Assembly (NCBI GenBank): GCA_963804165.1
Contig: CAWDPO010000009.1
Coordinates: forward strand, 1 to 64,000
Reading direction: 5' to 3'
Origin: an uncultured delta proteobacterium
Lineage (GTDB): Bacteria > Desulfobacterota > Binatia > UBA9968
Length of the DNA: 64,000 nucleotides
Part shown: positions 29,739 through 40,444 of the stretch, in pieces
Layout: every line of letters starts with the position of its first letter
How positions within the stretch are numbered: position 1 is the first letter of the stretch
Notes under the pieces: model-generated
The model's database searches: none
Seen by the model: only the letters and a program-made list of their open reading frames with translations
Told to the model about the DNA's origin: nothing
Made by a program: the position numbers and the translations under genes

Positions 29739-30866
29739 TCAACCCAAATGACCCTGCAGGCATGACGATGGAGGAGAGCCGTCGCCGACTATCGGACTGC
29801 GCGCGACAGCCGGCATACGAAACGCAATGCCCTCTTTCTTTAGCTCGGCCTCATACATGACGCGAATCTGCGCCGGCTCGTCGGCGTGCTCAAGCAGGTG
29901 GCCGCCCTCATGTTCGCTCAAGTTCGGGCGCCATGGATGGCCGACTTGGCGCAGGCCGCGGCGCAGCGCCAGATGGCGCGCAGCTTCTTTGCTCGTCGTA
30001 AAATGGTGGTGATACCAGCCTTCGGGCGGGACAAGCAGGCTTCCCGGTCGCCAGTCGACGCGCACCATTTCGTGCTCCCGTCCGGGATACCACATCAGTG
30101 AATAGCCCTTGCCGGCGATCACGATGACCTGAGCGCCCGGCCCGTGCCGGTGGGCCTTCTTGTACGTGCCGGATTCGACAGCCATGATGTGACCGACCAT
30201 CGAATTACCGGAAAGGTGGATGCCCAAACGGCTGAAACCGATGCCGCGTTCGGGGTGCGGATCGAGCGTGACCGCGTTTAAGTCGGGGATAAAATTCACC
30301 ACACGGTCTTCCTGTTCCCCCGGCTTCATCACGCTGCTGAAGAAATCCTTCTGGCCGGCGAACCGATCCGTAAACTCATACGGAACGTTGAAGACAAAAT
30401 CCGCCGAATTGTAGACGTTCATGATCAGCGGCAAATTGTTTGCCGTGGCGAAACGTACCGGCTCGCTCGCCGAACCGTTGTGGTGCTGGTGCCGAACATT
30501 GAGCGGCGGCGAAAAAAGGCTGCCGGGCTGCCACTCCAGCGTGATCGGCTCTTTGCTTTCATCGGGCCAGAATTGCGTCGCGCCGCGGCCCGAGAGAATC
30601 AGCACTTGTTCCTCATACATATGACGAATCGCCTTGAGACTCTTGCCCGCTGGAATCTCCCCGATCATCACGCCGACAAACCCTTGGGAACCTTCGAGAT
30701 GACAATAAGCTGCCGGTCCGCCCCAACGTTCCCAGTGTTTGAGCGGCGCGGTTTTTAAATCCTCGACGCCGTACCCGGTGATTACCGCTAGTCCGTCCTT
30801 CTCGCAAAACTCCAGGAATGCCGATTTGCGCGCGTATCGCTTGGCCGACGCCTCATCTAATGGCAT
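29739..30866 (-). CDS. Bicupin protein (gentisate 1,2-dioxygenase-like) #1
   Basis: RHMYEE, SLFSPPLNVRHQHHN, KAHRHGPGA, PPEGWYHHHF. Confidence 0.85.
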   Translation of the reverse strand: MPLDEASAKRYARKSAFLEFCEKDGLAVITGYGVEDLKTAPLKHWERWGGPAAYCHLEGSQGFVGVMIGEIPAGKSLKAIRHMYEEQVLILSGRGATQFWPDESKEPITLEWQPGSLFSPPLNVRHQHHNGSASEPVRFATANNLPLIMNVYNSADFVFNVPYEFTDRFAGQKDFFSSVMKPGEQEDRVVNFIPDLNAVTLDPHPERGIGFSRLGIHLSGNSMVGHIMAVESGTYKKAHRHGPGAQVIVIAGKGYSLMWYPGREHEMVRVDWRPGSLLVPPEGWYHHHFTTSKEAARHLALRRGLRQVGHPWRPNLSEHEGGHLLEHADEPAQIRVMYEAELKKEGIAFRMPAVARSPIVGDGSPPSSCLQGHLG

Positions 30867-30948
30867 GCAGTCACCTCTCGTAATGTTTCATTCGATGGAA
30901 TTCAGTGGTTGTCGTACTGGAAAACGACGGCGGACCTGTCGGCACCCG

Positions 30949-32694
30949 TTATTCGCGCACGCCGACTTGACCGCCCAAAGCGCGCGCAATCAGCGCGGCC
31001 CCGACGACCAGCGCCACGATGATTACGGCAACCACCGTCGCTTTCTCGAATTCTGCGCCGGCGGCAAAATCCAACATCAACAGAGACAACGTCCGCGATT
31101 TGCCGGAACCCAATAGGACCACCGTGCTGATATCGCGCGCGGCGGAAATAAAACCAACCAGTCCGACGGTAATGAGCGCCGGCATGGCCAAAGGCAGGAT
31201 CACCCGGCGGAAAGTATGAAACCACGTTCCGCCGCAAACCTTCGAGGCTTCCTCCAAATCGCTGCCGAGTTGGATCAGGACGCTTTTAATCATCTGCGTG
31301 CCAAAGGGCATGCTCTTGATCACCATCGCGATCATCAACAGATAAATCGTGCCGTAAATCGGCAGGAAGATTCTCGTTTGCAGAAAAGTCCACAAAAGCG
31401 CGACGCCGAGAAGAATGCCCGGGATCGACCAAGGGAGCCAGGAGAGAAAATCGAGCAGCCAACGCCCCGCGTGGCGGGTCTTGACGATCATGTACGCGAT
31501 CACGGCGAAAAACAGCACGCCAATCACGCCGGAACCTAGGCCAATGGCCAAGGTATTCCATAACGAGCGCAGCAAAACCGGGTCATTGAGCGTGGCGCGC
31601 CAGTTATCGAGCGTCCACGGATCGGCGATGCCGAAGAAACCGAATAATTTCATGAACGTGCCGAGCAGCAACAACGAGGTGGGCACAATTGTAACAACCA
31701 TGGCGAAGCACAGCACCAAGGCAAAGGCGGGGTAGCGCCAGCGCCCCAGCGGCGTCCGACGCATGCTGAAGCCGCGACCGGTTACCGTCTCGTAGTTTCG
31801 GTTCGCGATATAGCGCCGCTGTAGCGCGACCATCAGCAATAGAACTCCGAGAAATACCGTGCTGAGTGCCATTGCGGGGGCGAACTGCGGCGGTTCCCAG
31901 GTCACCAATTCATGAATCTTGGTTGAATAAACCTGCAGACCAATCGGCGTACCCAGCAGCAGTTCGATCTCAAAGGCTTCGAGCGAGCGAATGAGACCGA
32001 GGATCGTCGTCACCAAAATCGCCGGCATCATCACGGGGATCACGATGTGAAAGAAAGTGTGCCAGCCGCTCGCGCCGGAGATCTTTGAAGCTTCTTCGAG
32101 AGCGGCATCGAGGTTGCGGAAGGCGGGCGCAAGGAGCATCACTTTGACGCTCACGGTGCCACCCATATGCGCCCAAACGATGCCCCAAAAGGAATAAATA
32201 TTGAACAAAGGTTGGCTGACACCCAGCCCCATCAAGCCTTGATTCAGTAGCCCATATTTCGGATCGAGCAAGAGTATCCAACCCATCGCTTCCGGCAACG
32301 CAGGCAGAAAAAACGACAGCCAGAAAAAAAACTCCAACGTGCCTTTCATGGGAATATCGGTGCGCGCGATCAGCCAGGCAAAGAAGGAGCCGATAACGAG
32401 GGCGATCGTTTGGCGGGTGACCGCGAGGTTAAACGTATTGATCATCGCTTTGACGATACCGGGTGTGCTAAACGCCTTGACCCAGCCTTCCAGTCCCCAG
32501 ACGATGGGTTGGCCCGGGCGAGCGGTCTGGAAACTATTGAGGATCATCAAAAACAACGGCGTGAGCACGAGAAAACCGACGACGACAATCAAAACGATCA
32601 TCGGCAGCGACGGCACGGACAGCGATCGCCAGGATAAAAAAGGCGCGCGTTCGAAGTTCGCCACGGGCGGCAGGGTTTGTGACTTTTCACTCAT
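30949..32694 (-). CDS. ABC permease, FbpB/ThiP-type (two BPD_transp_1 domains)
   Basis: 12-TM pattern with two EAA loops, LEEASKISGAS and LEEASKVCGGT. Confidence 0.9.
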   Translation of the reverse strand: MSEKSQTLPPVANFERAPFLSWRSLSVPSLPMIVLIVVVGFLVLTPLFLMILNSFQTARPGQPIVWGLEGWVKAFSTPGIVKAMINTFNLAVTRQTIALVIGSFFAWLIARTDIPMKGTLEFFFWLSFFLPALPEAMGWILLLDPKYGLLNQGLMGLGVSQPLFNIYSFWGIVWAHMGGTVSVKVMLLAPAFRNLDAALEEASKISGASGWHTFFHIVIPVMMPAILVTTILGLIRSLEAFEIELLLGTPIGLQVYSTKIHELVTWEPPQFAPAMALSTVFLGVLLLMVALQRRYIANRNYETVTGRGFSMRRTPLGRWRYPAFALVLCFAMVVTIVPTSLLLLGTFMKLFGFFGIADPWTLDNWRATLNDPVLLRSLWNTLAIGLGSGVIGVLFFAVIAYMIVKTRHAGRWLLDFLSWLPWSIPGILLGVALLWTFLQTRIFLPIYGTIYLLMIAMVIKSMPFGTQMIKSVLIQLGSDLEEASKVCGGTWFHTFRRVILPLAMPALITVGLVGFISAARDISTVVLLGSGKSRTLSLLMLDFAAGAEFEKATVVAVIIVALVVGAALIARALGGQVGVRE

Positions 32695-32742
32695 GAGGCG
32701 ATTGGCTTATTGGCGATGTTATACGAGGCTAATCGGGCATCG

Positions 32743-33888
32743 TCAATCGGCATTCGCGGCAACATCGAAATTCATATCCGGCGCGATGCCTTTCTTGGCG
32801 AGTTCCTTTTCATACGTCGCGCGAATGGCCGGGTCTTCGTCGCCGTATTCGATGAGCGTGCCGCCCTGTTTCACCGACGTGTAGACGCCGGCGCGAATCG
32901 CGGCGACGCGGATTCCCAGCGGAAACTTTTGACTGCCGCAGCGCAGCGCCAATTGCAGCGCCGGTTCCGCGCCGGTGTTGAAGTGCTGATGAAACCAGTT
33001 GGTCGGCGGGCTGAAAACACTGCCCGGCACCCAATCGACGCGCACGACCTCGTCACCAAAACCGTTTTCATAGGGCCGCGTGCCCAAATGGTTCGGCCAC
33101 ATGAGCGAATAACCCTCGGAACGAAGGATGACTAGCACAGCGCCGCCGCCGTGAAAATGGGCTTTGTGATAGCGCCCCACCGGCCACTCCGCAAGATGGC
33201 CAATTAGGGCGTTGTTGGAAATCTCGAACTGCGTAAGATTGACGCCCGTGCCTTTTTGCTCTTGAGCGTCGATCTGGGCTTTACGGGCGTCGGGAATGAA
33301 GTTGGTTTCCCAAATCCATTGCCGATTATTGGTCGCCAAATAACGCTCATTGCTCGGTTCGAAGTAGCGCGCCTCGCCGTCGTAACGGTCATTGAACGAG
33401 AAGTCGCTGTTAAACACGAACTGCTCGTTGTGATAGTGATCCAGCGCCATCGGCGCGGTGGTGATCGCCAGGAAAATCGCCGGTTCGTTAGAGTAATTGA
33501 TCAGCCGGTGCAGCGTGTTCATCGGCGGTGAAAACAAACTGCCTGCCTGCCACTGAAGATTCTGCGGCACGCGGTCGCGCTGTTGGATCTCCGCCACGCC
33601 TTCGCCTTGCAGGATAAATATGACTTTCTCATACAGATGGCGCTCGGGCTGTGTCGAAACTCCCGGAGCCAGCTTACCGACGTAAACACCTGTGATTCCT
33701 TCCAGGCCGCGAAACTGCAGATACGCACCCTCGCAACCTAATCGCTTCCACGGTTTAAGTTGAAGATTACGAACGTCCGTGGCGCCATAGCCGTCGACGA
33801 TCGGTACGCCTTCCTTTTCCATGAACCGTTCGTAATACGTTTTCGCCCGCGGCCGGGCCGTTCCAATCCTGACAACTTTAGAATCCAT
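32743..33888 (-). CDS. Bicupin protein (gentisate 1,2-dioxygenase-like) #2
   Basis: ERHLYEK, SLFSPPMNTLHRLIN, YHKAHFHGGGA, WFHQHFN. Confidence 0.85.
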   Translation of the reverse strand: MDSKVVRIGTARPRAKTYYERFMEKEGVPIVDGYGATDVRNLQLKPWKRLGCEGAYLQFRGLEGITGVYVGKLAPGVSTQPERHLYEKVIFILQGEGVAEIQQRDRVPQNLQWQAGSLFSPPMNTLHRLINYSNEPAIFLAITTAPMALDHYHNEQFVFNSDFSFNDRYDGEARYFEPSNERYLATNNRQWIWETNFIPDARKAQIDAQEQKGTGVNLTQFEISNNALIGHLAEWPVGRYHKAHFHGGGAVLVILRSEGYSLMWPNHLGTRPYENGFGDEVVRVDWVPGSVFSPPTNWFHQHFNTGAEPALQLALRCGSQKFPLGIRVAAIRAGVYTSVKQGGTLIEYGDEDPAIRATYEKELAKKGIAPDMNFDVAANAD

Positions 33889-35349
33889 ATTCTTTCCATC
33901 TCCTTCTGACGGTCTCCGCCATTTCCGCTGAGATCGAGGTGCCCACCGGCGGATAACGCTCGCCGCCGTACTGCTCTTGCGGCTGCAATTGCCAATTGAT
34001 CGTCGCGTCGATCAGCACTCGCGTCCACGAGCCATGCCCGTATTTGACTGAATTGCGATCTTCCAACGGCACGCTGGGATCGAGCATCGAGCCGCTGGTG
34101 CCGCCGAAGAAAGAAATATCGCCCAGACCGGCATTGACCCGATAGCAAAGCGCCCATTCGATCGCTTCCCAATCGTGAATGTCGATATCATCGTCGACGA
34201 CGATCACGTGCTTGGCGGCGTAATTTCCCAGATGACAACCCCACAGCGCGGTCGCGACCTGCTGCGCGTGGCCGCGGTGTGACTTGCGAATCTGCACGCG
34301 CATCGTTTCCGGCCACTTGCCACGCCATACGCCGGTAATGTTGGGTACCCCGGCCTGCTCGAGATAGTGCCAGGCCATCGCCGAAAACGTCGCCGGCGTC
34401 CACGTCGTTCCTTCGTTGGTCCTTCCCGGGCTCGAGCCGGTCAAGCAGCCGTGAAAGATCGGATCGTTGCGATGAGTGATGCACTCAACACGAATGGTAT
34501 GTTTCGGCGATTTGCTGCCACCGTAATAACCAGGATATTCGCTGAACGGTCCTTCCAACGTAAAAGTGCTGGGGTCGGGCGAAACGAATCCTTCGAGCAC
34601 GATCTCGGCGCTGGCCGGCACCAGAGAGATCGCTCAGTTCGCATTGCACCAGCTCCACCGGCGCGCCGCGCAGTGAGCCGGCCATTTCATATTCCGGGTA
34701 GTTGACGGGCGTGGACGCCGCGAGAAAAAGCGTCTGATCCCAACCGATGACGACCGCAACCGGCATTTCCTGGCCGCGATTTTTGTATTTGCTGAAATGT
34801 TTGCCCCACCCTTGAGTCATCGCCAAAAGGACCCCGATGGTATTTTTGCCGGTGATCATGCCGCGGTAAGTTCCGCCGTTAAGCAATCCCGTATCCGGAT
34901 CGCGCGTTACCACGGTCGCCGAGGTCATGATGTAGCGTCCGCCATCGAGCGGGTTCCACTTCGGTACGGGGAATTGTTCTAAATTGACGGCGGCCCCGCG
35001 CACGATGTTTTCTTTAACGGGCCCTTTGCCGACCGTCACCGGCTTGACCGGGCGCGAGAATCGTTCTTTGAAGATCGGCACCATATCTCGATACGAAGTC
35101 GCCTCAGGAATACCGATAAATCGACATACACGTTCCCGCGTCCCCGTGCCGTTGGTGAACAAACGCCGGCACAATGTGTTTTTGTGATCCCTAATGTTCT
35201 CAAACAGCAACGCAGGGCCGAACTGGCTCGAGACCTCGCGCGTGATCGCGCCGAGTTCTTCGTCCCAATCGACTTGTGCGCCGATCCGCTGCAGGTCTCT
35301 TGCGTTCTTCCAGATCGTCGATCCAGTCGCGTAGATCTTCAAATGCCAC
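33878..35349 (-). CDS. UbiD family (de)carboxylase #2 (frameshifts near 35300 and 34620)
   Basis: AFEDLRDWI, GPALLFEN, DGGRYI, NGGTYRG, EGPFSEYPGYY, IVVDDDID. Confidence 0.9.
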
Positions 35350-35487
35350 GGCGATAGTCACCCTTCTCGTCGTTTAAGTAAGTGTGACATGCGCTTCGTA
35401 CAGCGTGTAGTGCCATGTCAGTGATTGGAATGTACTCGAGTACTGCATCCGTGAACTCCATTACTCCAGTACTCCAATACTCCAATC

Positions 35488-36600
35488 TCATGCTCCTAGC
35501 AGCTTGCGCGCCACGACCGCCGCCGGCTCTCTGATCTTATTGATCTTTTCTTCGGATTGGTTTTCCAGCTTGTAAAACTGGTCGAGGGTCAGAAAATCCT
35601 TGCCGGAGATGACGCCGAATTCTTTCAGCCACTTGGTCTCCACGTCCAAGCGACGCGTGCCGACGCCCATGCCTCGGGCGAAAACTTCCTGGCCGTCGTG
35701 TCCAAGCAACCAGTTGACAAAAACTTTGGTCGCGTTCGGGTGCGGCTGATTCTTTAATACCGTGAGATGGCCGTAACCGCCGCTGACGTAAAGCCCTTCC
35801 TTCGGGACCGAAAGCGGAACGACCGGAAGGTTCGCCTTGATAAACGGATAGAATTCAGAATAACCGATACCCGAGGTGATGGCGATCTTGCCCTTGGCCA
35901 AATTCTCCGCCAGCAAGCGCAGATCACGAGTGATGAATAACTTCTGCGCTACCAGTCGTTTCAGATACTCTTCGCCTTTGATGTAGTGCATATAGGACCA
36001 CATCGATGAGCCGGAGCCCGGCGTGCGCGGATCGCTGATGCCGATTTTGCCTTGCAGTTTGGCATGGAGCAGATCGTCGAACGACTTAAATTCGGCGGGT
36101 TTGTACTCATTGGGATTGGACCACAGGCTCACCGTTTGATACGCGACGAAGTTATAAATATAGCGTTTGGCGTTGTCGGCCCAAATGTGGCCGCCCCACC
36201 ACTGTTTGGGATCTTTGACTTCGGGAAGCACCATGAAGGGCTCCACAGGATCGAGCACGTTCTCGGGCAAGAGTCCGGTGACGATGGACTCGGTGCCGCC
36301 GATGTGTAGATCGAAATACTGCGCGCCGGTCTTGGCCTCGCTGACCATTCTTTGAATGATTGCCCCGCCGCGCGCCGGCACGAACTCAACGCCAATTCCG
36401 TAGCGCCGCGTAAAGGCAAGCTCCATGCCTTTGCGCAGTTCCGGGCTCGGCGGGATCGACGCCACCACCTTGCCTTCTTTCTTCGCGGCTTCGACGATTT
36501 TGTCCCATTCGCCCTTGCTCGGTCCGGGCTGCGCGACGGCACTTATCGGCAAGATTGAAGAGCAAAGGATCAGGAGAAGTAGCGCGACGGATCTTTTCAT
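35488..36600 (-). CDS. Extracellular solute-binding protein (Fe3+/thiamine/polyamine class)
   Basis: Signal peptide, AAKKEGKV, DPRTPGSG, PHPNATKVFVNWLL. Confidence 0.9.
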   Translation of the reverse strand: MKRSVALLLLILCSSILPISAVAQPGPSKGEWDKIVEAAKKEGKVVASIPPSPELRKGMELAFTRRYGIGVEFVPARGGAIIQRMVSEAKTGAQYFDLHIGGTESIVTGLLPENVLDPVEPFMVLPEVKDPKQWWGGHIWADNAKRYIYNFVAYQTVSLWSNPNEYKPAEFKSFDDLLHAKLQGKIGISDPRTPGSGSSMWSYMHYIKGEEYLKRLVAQKLFITRDLRLLAENLAKGKIAITSGIGYSEFYPFIKANLPVVPLSVPKEGLYVSGGYGHLTVLKNQPHPNATKVFVNWLLGHDGQEVFARGMGVGTRRLDVETKWLKEFGVISGKDFLTLDQFYKLENQSEEKINKIREPAAVVARKLLGA

Positions 36601-36613
36601 GGAGAGAGTGCCC

Positions 36614-37726
36614 CTAACCGAGAAGCTTTCTGGCCAGAGCGGCCGCCGGCTCGCGCAGGCGGTTTATCTTGCCTTCGGATTGGTTTTCAAGCTTGTACAA
36701 TTGGTCGATGGTGAGGGCATCTTTAGCCGCAGTCACCCCGACCTCGCGTAGCCACTTGACGTCGACATCCAGGCGCCGCGTAGCCTGGTGCATTGCCCGG
36801 GAATAAACCTCCTGACCTTCTCGGCTCAAAAACCAATTGACGAAGACCTTCGTCGCATTCGCATGCGGCGCGTTTTTCAGAACCACAAGATGGCCGCTGC
36901 CGCCGCTGACATAAACGCCTTCCTTCGGCGCCGGCAGCGGCGCCACTGGCAGGCCCGCTTTGATGAACGGCGCGTAGGAGTAATAGGTCAGCCCAAGAAC
37001 CAGCGCGAGCTTGCCTTTGGCGAGAATCTCGGCGAGCACTCGTTGATCGCGGCTGAGCGCCAGCTTTTGGCCCACAAGTCTTTTTAAATACTCTTCGCCC
37101 TTGATTTCTCTGAGGTAGGACCACGTCGATGCGCCGGAGCCTGCCGTGCGCGGATCGAGCATGCCGATCCTATCCTTGAGGCGCTCATCCAACAAATCAT
37201 CGAACGAGCGGACCTCATCGGCTTTCATCAGCTGCGAGTTGATCCAGAGATTTTCTGTCTGATAGGCGAGGGTCGAATAGACAAACTTTTTGGCGATATC
37301 GATCCAGACATGACCGGCGTACCACTGCTTGGGATCTTTAACTTCAGGAAGCAGCATGAGCGGCTCGATGGGCTCCAAGATGCCTTCCGGCAGCATGCCG
37401 GTCACTATCGACTCGCTGCCGCCCATGTGCAAATCGACATAACGAATGCCGGCTTTGCTTTCGTCGACCATCTTGCGCACGATCGCCGATGCGCGGCCGA
37501 CCACCGGCTCGACGTCGATGCCGTAACGTTTTTCGAAGGATCTCTCGATCGCGGCGCGCAGCTCGGTGCTCGCCGGAATCGAGACCACAACCTTGCCCTC
37601 TTTCTTGGCGAGCTCGACGGTCTTTTCCCATTCGCCAGGTTTTGCACTTTGTGCAATGGCGGCGCAGGGCGCGAACCCAACTGCCGCGACAAAGACAATC
37701 ATCCACTGCTTACAGGAGCCGATCAT
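36614..37726 (-). CDS. Extracellular solute-binding protein (tandem paralog)
   Basis: LAKKEGKV, DPRTAGSG, APHANATKVFVNWFL. Confidence 0.9.
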   Translation of the reverse strand: MIGSCKQWMIVFVAAVGFAPCAAIAQSAKPGEWEKTVELAKKEGKVVVSIPASTELRAAIERSFEKRYGIDVEPVVGRASAIVRKMVDESKAGIRYVDLHMGGSESIVTGMLPEGILEPIEPLMLLPEVKDPKQWYAGHVWIDIAKKFVYSTLAYQTENLWINSQLMKADEVRSFDDLLDERLKDRIGMLDPRTAGSGASTWSYLREIKGEEYLKRLVGQKLALSRDQRVLAEILAKGKLALVLGLTYYSYAPFIKAGLPVAPLPAPKEGVYVSGGSGHLVVLKNAPHANATKVFVNWFLSREGQEVYSRAMHQATRRLDVDVKWLREVGVTAAKDALTIDQLYKLENQSEGKINRLREPAAALARKLLG

Positions 37727-37736
37727 TCTCTGTCTC

Positions 37737-38852
37737 TCATAAGCTCGCGTACGCGAACTGCGGCATCTCCATCGGCACGCCGATTTTGTCGATCGCCGTT
37801 TCGAAGTCGAGACGAATCTGCGGATCTTCGTCCTCGTATTCGATCATCGTGCCGCCGTCGCGCACACTGGTGCGCACGCCTTCCTTGTTGATCGCGCGCC
37901 AACAACCGAGCAGATACTTTCCCGATTGACCGCTGTAGCGAAACGCTAACTGGCGCGCCTTTTCATTACCGGTATTGAAATGCTGATGGAACCAGCCGCT
38001 TGGCGGGCTGAAAACGCTGCCCTCGCACCAGTCCACTTTCACGACCTGATCGGCGTGACCGGACTGGTACGGCCGAATTCCCGCTTCAGGGGGCCACATG
38101 AGCGTGTAGCCTTGGGAGCGAAGGATCAATAGGATCGCCCCGCCCTGATGAAAGTGCGCTTTGTGATACCGCCCCACCGGCCATTCGGCGATATGCCCAA
38201 CCAGTGTGCTGCCGCCCATATCGAACGAAGTGATTTTCACCCCATACCCCTTGGCCTCCGACGGATCGACCAAGGCGCCGCGCGCATCCGCGATAAAATT
38301 GGTTTCCCAATTGATAAAACCGCCGACTTCTTTGCGCGAGTTGGTGGGTACGAAATAATTTTTCTCGGCATCGAAGCGATCGGTGAATTTATAATCGCTG
38401 CCCATTACGAAAGGGATATCGTGCAACAGGTCGATCATCAGGGGTGCGCTCGTCACGGCGAGAAAAAACGCCGGCTCATTGCTGCCGTTGATCATGCGGT
38501 GACGCGTGTTGAGCGGCACCGCGAACAAGCTTCCCGGCTGCCACTCGAAGTGCATTTTGCGTTTGTCGTCTCCGGCCGACCATAGCTCCATGGCGCCAAC
38601 GCCTTTGAGGATGTAGATCAATTCCTCATACAGATGGTTCTCCGGGTTGAGCGCCGCGCCAGCGGGGATTTCACAGACGTACATGCCGGTGAAGCCTTCC
38701 ATGCCTTTGAGATCGATGTACGCGCCGCTGCCGCCGGTGCGCTGCCAGGGCTTGCGCGGCAGCACAGTCACGTCTTCGACGCCGTACCCCTCGAAAACGG
38801 GAATGCCTTCTTCCTGAAGCCATATCTCGTAACTGGTTTGCCGTTTTGCCAC
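37737..38852 (-). CDS. Bicupin protein (gentisate 1,2-dioxygenase-like) #3
   Basis: GTG start after GAAAGGA; ENHLYEE, PLNTRHRMIN, YHKAHFHQGGA, WFHQHFN. Confidence 0.85.
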   Translation of the reverse strand: MAKRQTSYEIWLQEEGIPVFEGYGVEDVTVLPRKPWQRTGGSGAYIDLKGMEGFTGMYVCEIPAGAALNPENHLYEELIYILKGVGAMELWSAGDDKRKMHFEWQPGSLFAVPLNTRHRMINGSNEPAFFLAVTSAPLMIDLLHDIPFVMGSDYKFTDRFDAEKNYFVPTNSRKEVGGFINWETNFIADARGALVDPSEAKGYGVKITSFDMGGSTLVGHIAEWPVGRYHKAHFHQGGAILLILRSQGYTLMWPPEAGIRPYQSGHADQVVKVDWCEGSVFSPPSGWFHQHFNTGNEKARQLAFRYSGQSGKYLLGCWRAINKEGVRTSVRDGGTMIEYEDEDPQIRLDFETAIDKIGVPMEMPQFAYASL

Positions 38853-38869
38853 GATGACTGGATTCCTTT

Positions 38870-40444
38870 CTATTTTTTGACCGAGTAAAAATAATCGCCG
38901 CGCGCCACCGCCGCGGCCAGTTCGTCGTCCTGGGCAGTCCAAAGATCCAACGGGTAACCGTACCACGGCGTGCGAAGCTTGAGCGCCGGCATCTCCTCTT
39001 CCCGCCAGATCTTAAGCGCCTGCTCCATAAATTCCTTTTTGGGCAAACCTACCGGCGGATATTTGCCTTTGCGGGTGGCGTCGATGAGCAGTCCGGAGCA
39101 CCCCACCGGCGGCGGAAAAAAACGTTCCTCGGGATTATTCATCAGCGCGTACGCGGACGGATCCAACAATGGACTCTTGCCGGTCACGATCTGCATGTCC
39201 CGGTGCGGCTGTGAGGCAAAACTGATCGCCCACATCACCATCTCGGGATCTTTTGGATCGATATCGTCATCGACGACGATGATGATTTTGTTGGTAGTGT
39301 CCATGCCCGATGCGGCTTGCAGCGCTTGCTTGGGCTTGGTCGGATGGCTCTTCGCCATGCGGATCACCCACCAGTTCCAGCCGCCGCCCATTTCCGGACA
39401 ACAGATTTCCAGGACTTCGGGAATATTGCAGCTGTACTTGAGAAAATTATAAAGCATCAGCTCGCGACAGGTTCGCGAGATGCCGTTGGACTCGCTCGGC
39501 GGTAAGCCGACCAGGATCGCCGTGAAGATCGCATCGCGCCGGTGTGTGATCGCCTTGACGTCGATCACCGGTCTCAGGCCGCGCTCGGCCATGAGATAGC
39601 CCGGATAATCGCTGAACGGCTCGCCCCGCTCCATGGCATCCATTGAGATCTCGCCCTCAATGACGACCTCGGCATCGGCAGGCACTTCGAGCGGAATCGT
39701 TTTGCACGGCACCATGTCCACCGGGCGCTGGCGAATGCCGCCGGCGACGGCAATTTCGTCGACGCCGTACGGCAAGTTCGCGGCCGATACATAGACGATG
39801 TCCGGCAGGCAACCGAGCACGATCGCGACGGGCAGCGCTTCCTTGCGGCGCACGGCGCTTGGGTGATGATACATCATGGCGTGATGGGTTCGGGCGATGC
39901 CGGCGATCAGCTTTTGGTCGCCGCGGAAATGGCCGCTATACATGCCAACGTTGCGCATGCCCGTTTCCGGATCCTTGGTGATGAACGGGGCTGTCACACG
40001 AATACCGCAACTGAATCCCGGCTCTTCCACGGGCGAAGGTAGGCGCGTCACCGGAAACTCTTTCAGTGTGGCGCCGCTGTAGACTTCATCGTGAACCGGC
40101 GCCCGGTTCACGATGTTCGGCTCGTGCATATGCGCGATCGCGTCGCGCCATTTCTCATAGATTTCGCCCGGTTCATCGCAGCCTAAACCGAGCGCCGTGA
40201 CATTGCGCGACGAACCGTACACGCCGGTCGCGACTCTGAGATCAAAGCGCTTGCCGGCGCCATCGCGGACATTTTCAAAGAGAAACGCTTGCCGCTTGTC
40301 GTCGTCGATGCCACGGTATTGCAAGCGCATCAAGGGCATCAGCTCGGTATCTTTGTTTACCGCCCGGCTCCAGCGATAAAGCCTCCCGCGTTGCTGCAGA
40401 TCCTCCACGTAAGAACGAAAGTCGTCATAGTAAGCGCGCGTCAT
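38870..40444 (-). CDS. UbiD family protein #3 with atypical active-site motifs
   Basis: YDDFRSY, AFLFENV, TKDPETG.RNVGMYS, EVVIEG..GEPFSDYPGY, IVVDDDID. Confidence 0.9.
   Translation of the reverse strand: MTRAYYDDFRSYVEDLQQRGRLYRWSRAVNKDTELMPLMRLQYRGIDDDKRQAFLFENVRDGAGKRFDLRVATGVYGSSRNVTALGLGCDEPGEIYEKWRDAIAHMHEPNIVNRAPVHDEVYSGATLKEFPVTRLPSPVEEPGFSCGIRVTAPFITKDPETGMRNVGMYSGHFRGDQKLIAGIARTHHAMMYHHPSAVRRKEALPVAIVLGCLPDIVYVSAANLPYGVDEIAVAGGIRQRPVDMVPCKTIPLEVPADAEVVIEGEISMDAMERGEPFSDYPGYLMAERGLRPVIDVKAITHRRDAIFTAILVGLPPSESNGISRTCRELMLYNFLKYSCNIPEVLEICCPEMGGGWNWWVIRMAKSHPTKPKQALQAASGMDTTNKIIIVVDDDIDPKDPEMVMWAISFASQPHRDMQIVTGKSPLLDPSAYALMNNPEERFFPPPVGCSGLLIDATRKGKYPPVGLPKKEFMEQALKIWREEEMPALKLRTPWYGYPLDLWTAQDDELAAAVARGDYFYSVKK

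Noticed and set aside
12715-35486. CRISPR array among the short repeats
   Set aside because: Units are 6-9 nt with no unique spacers and there are no cas genes
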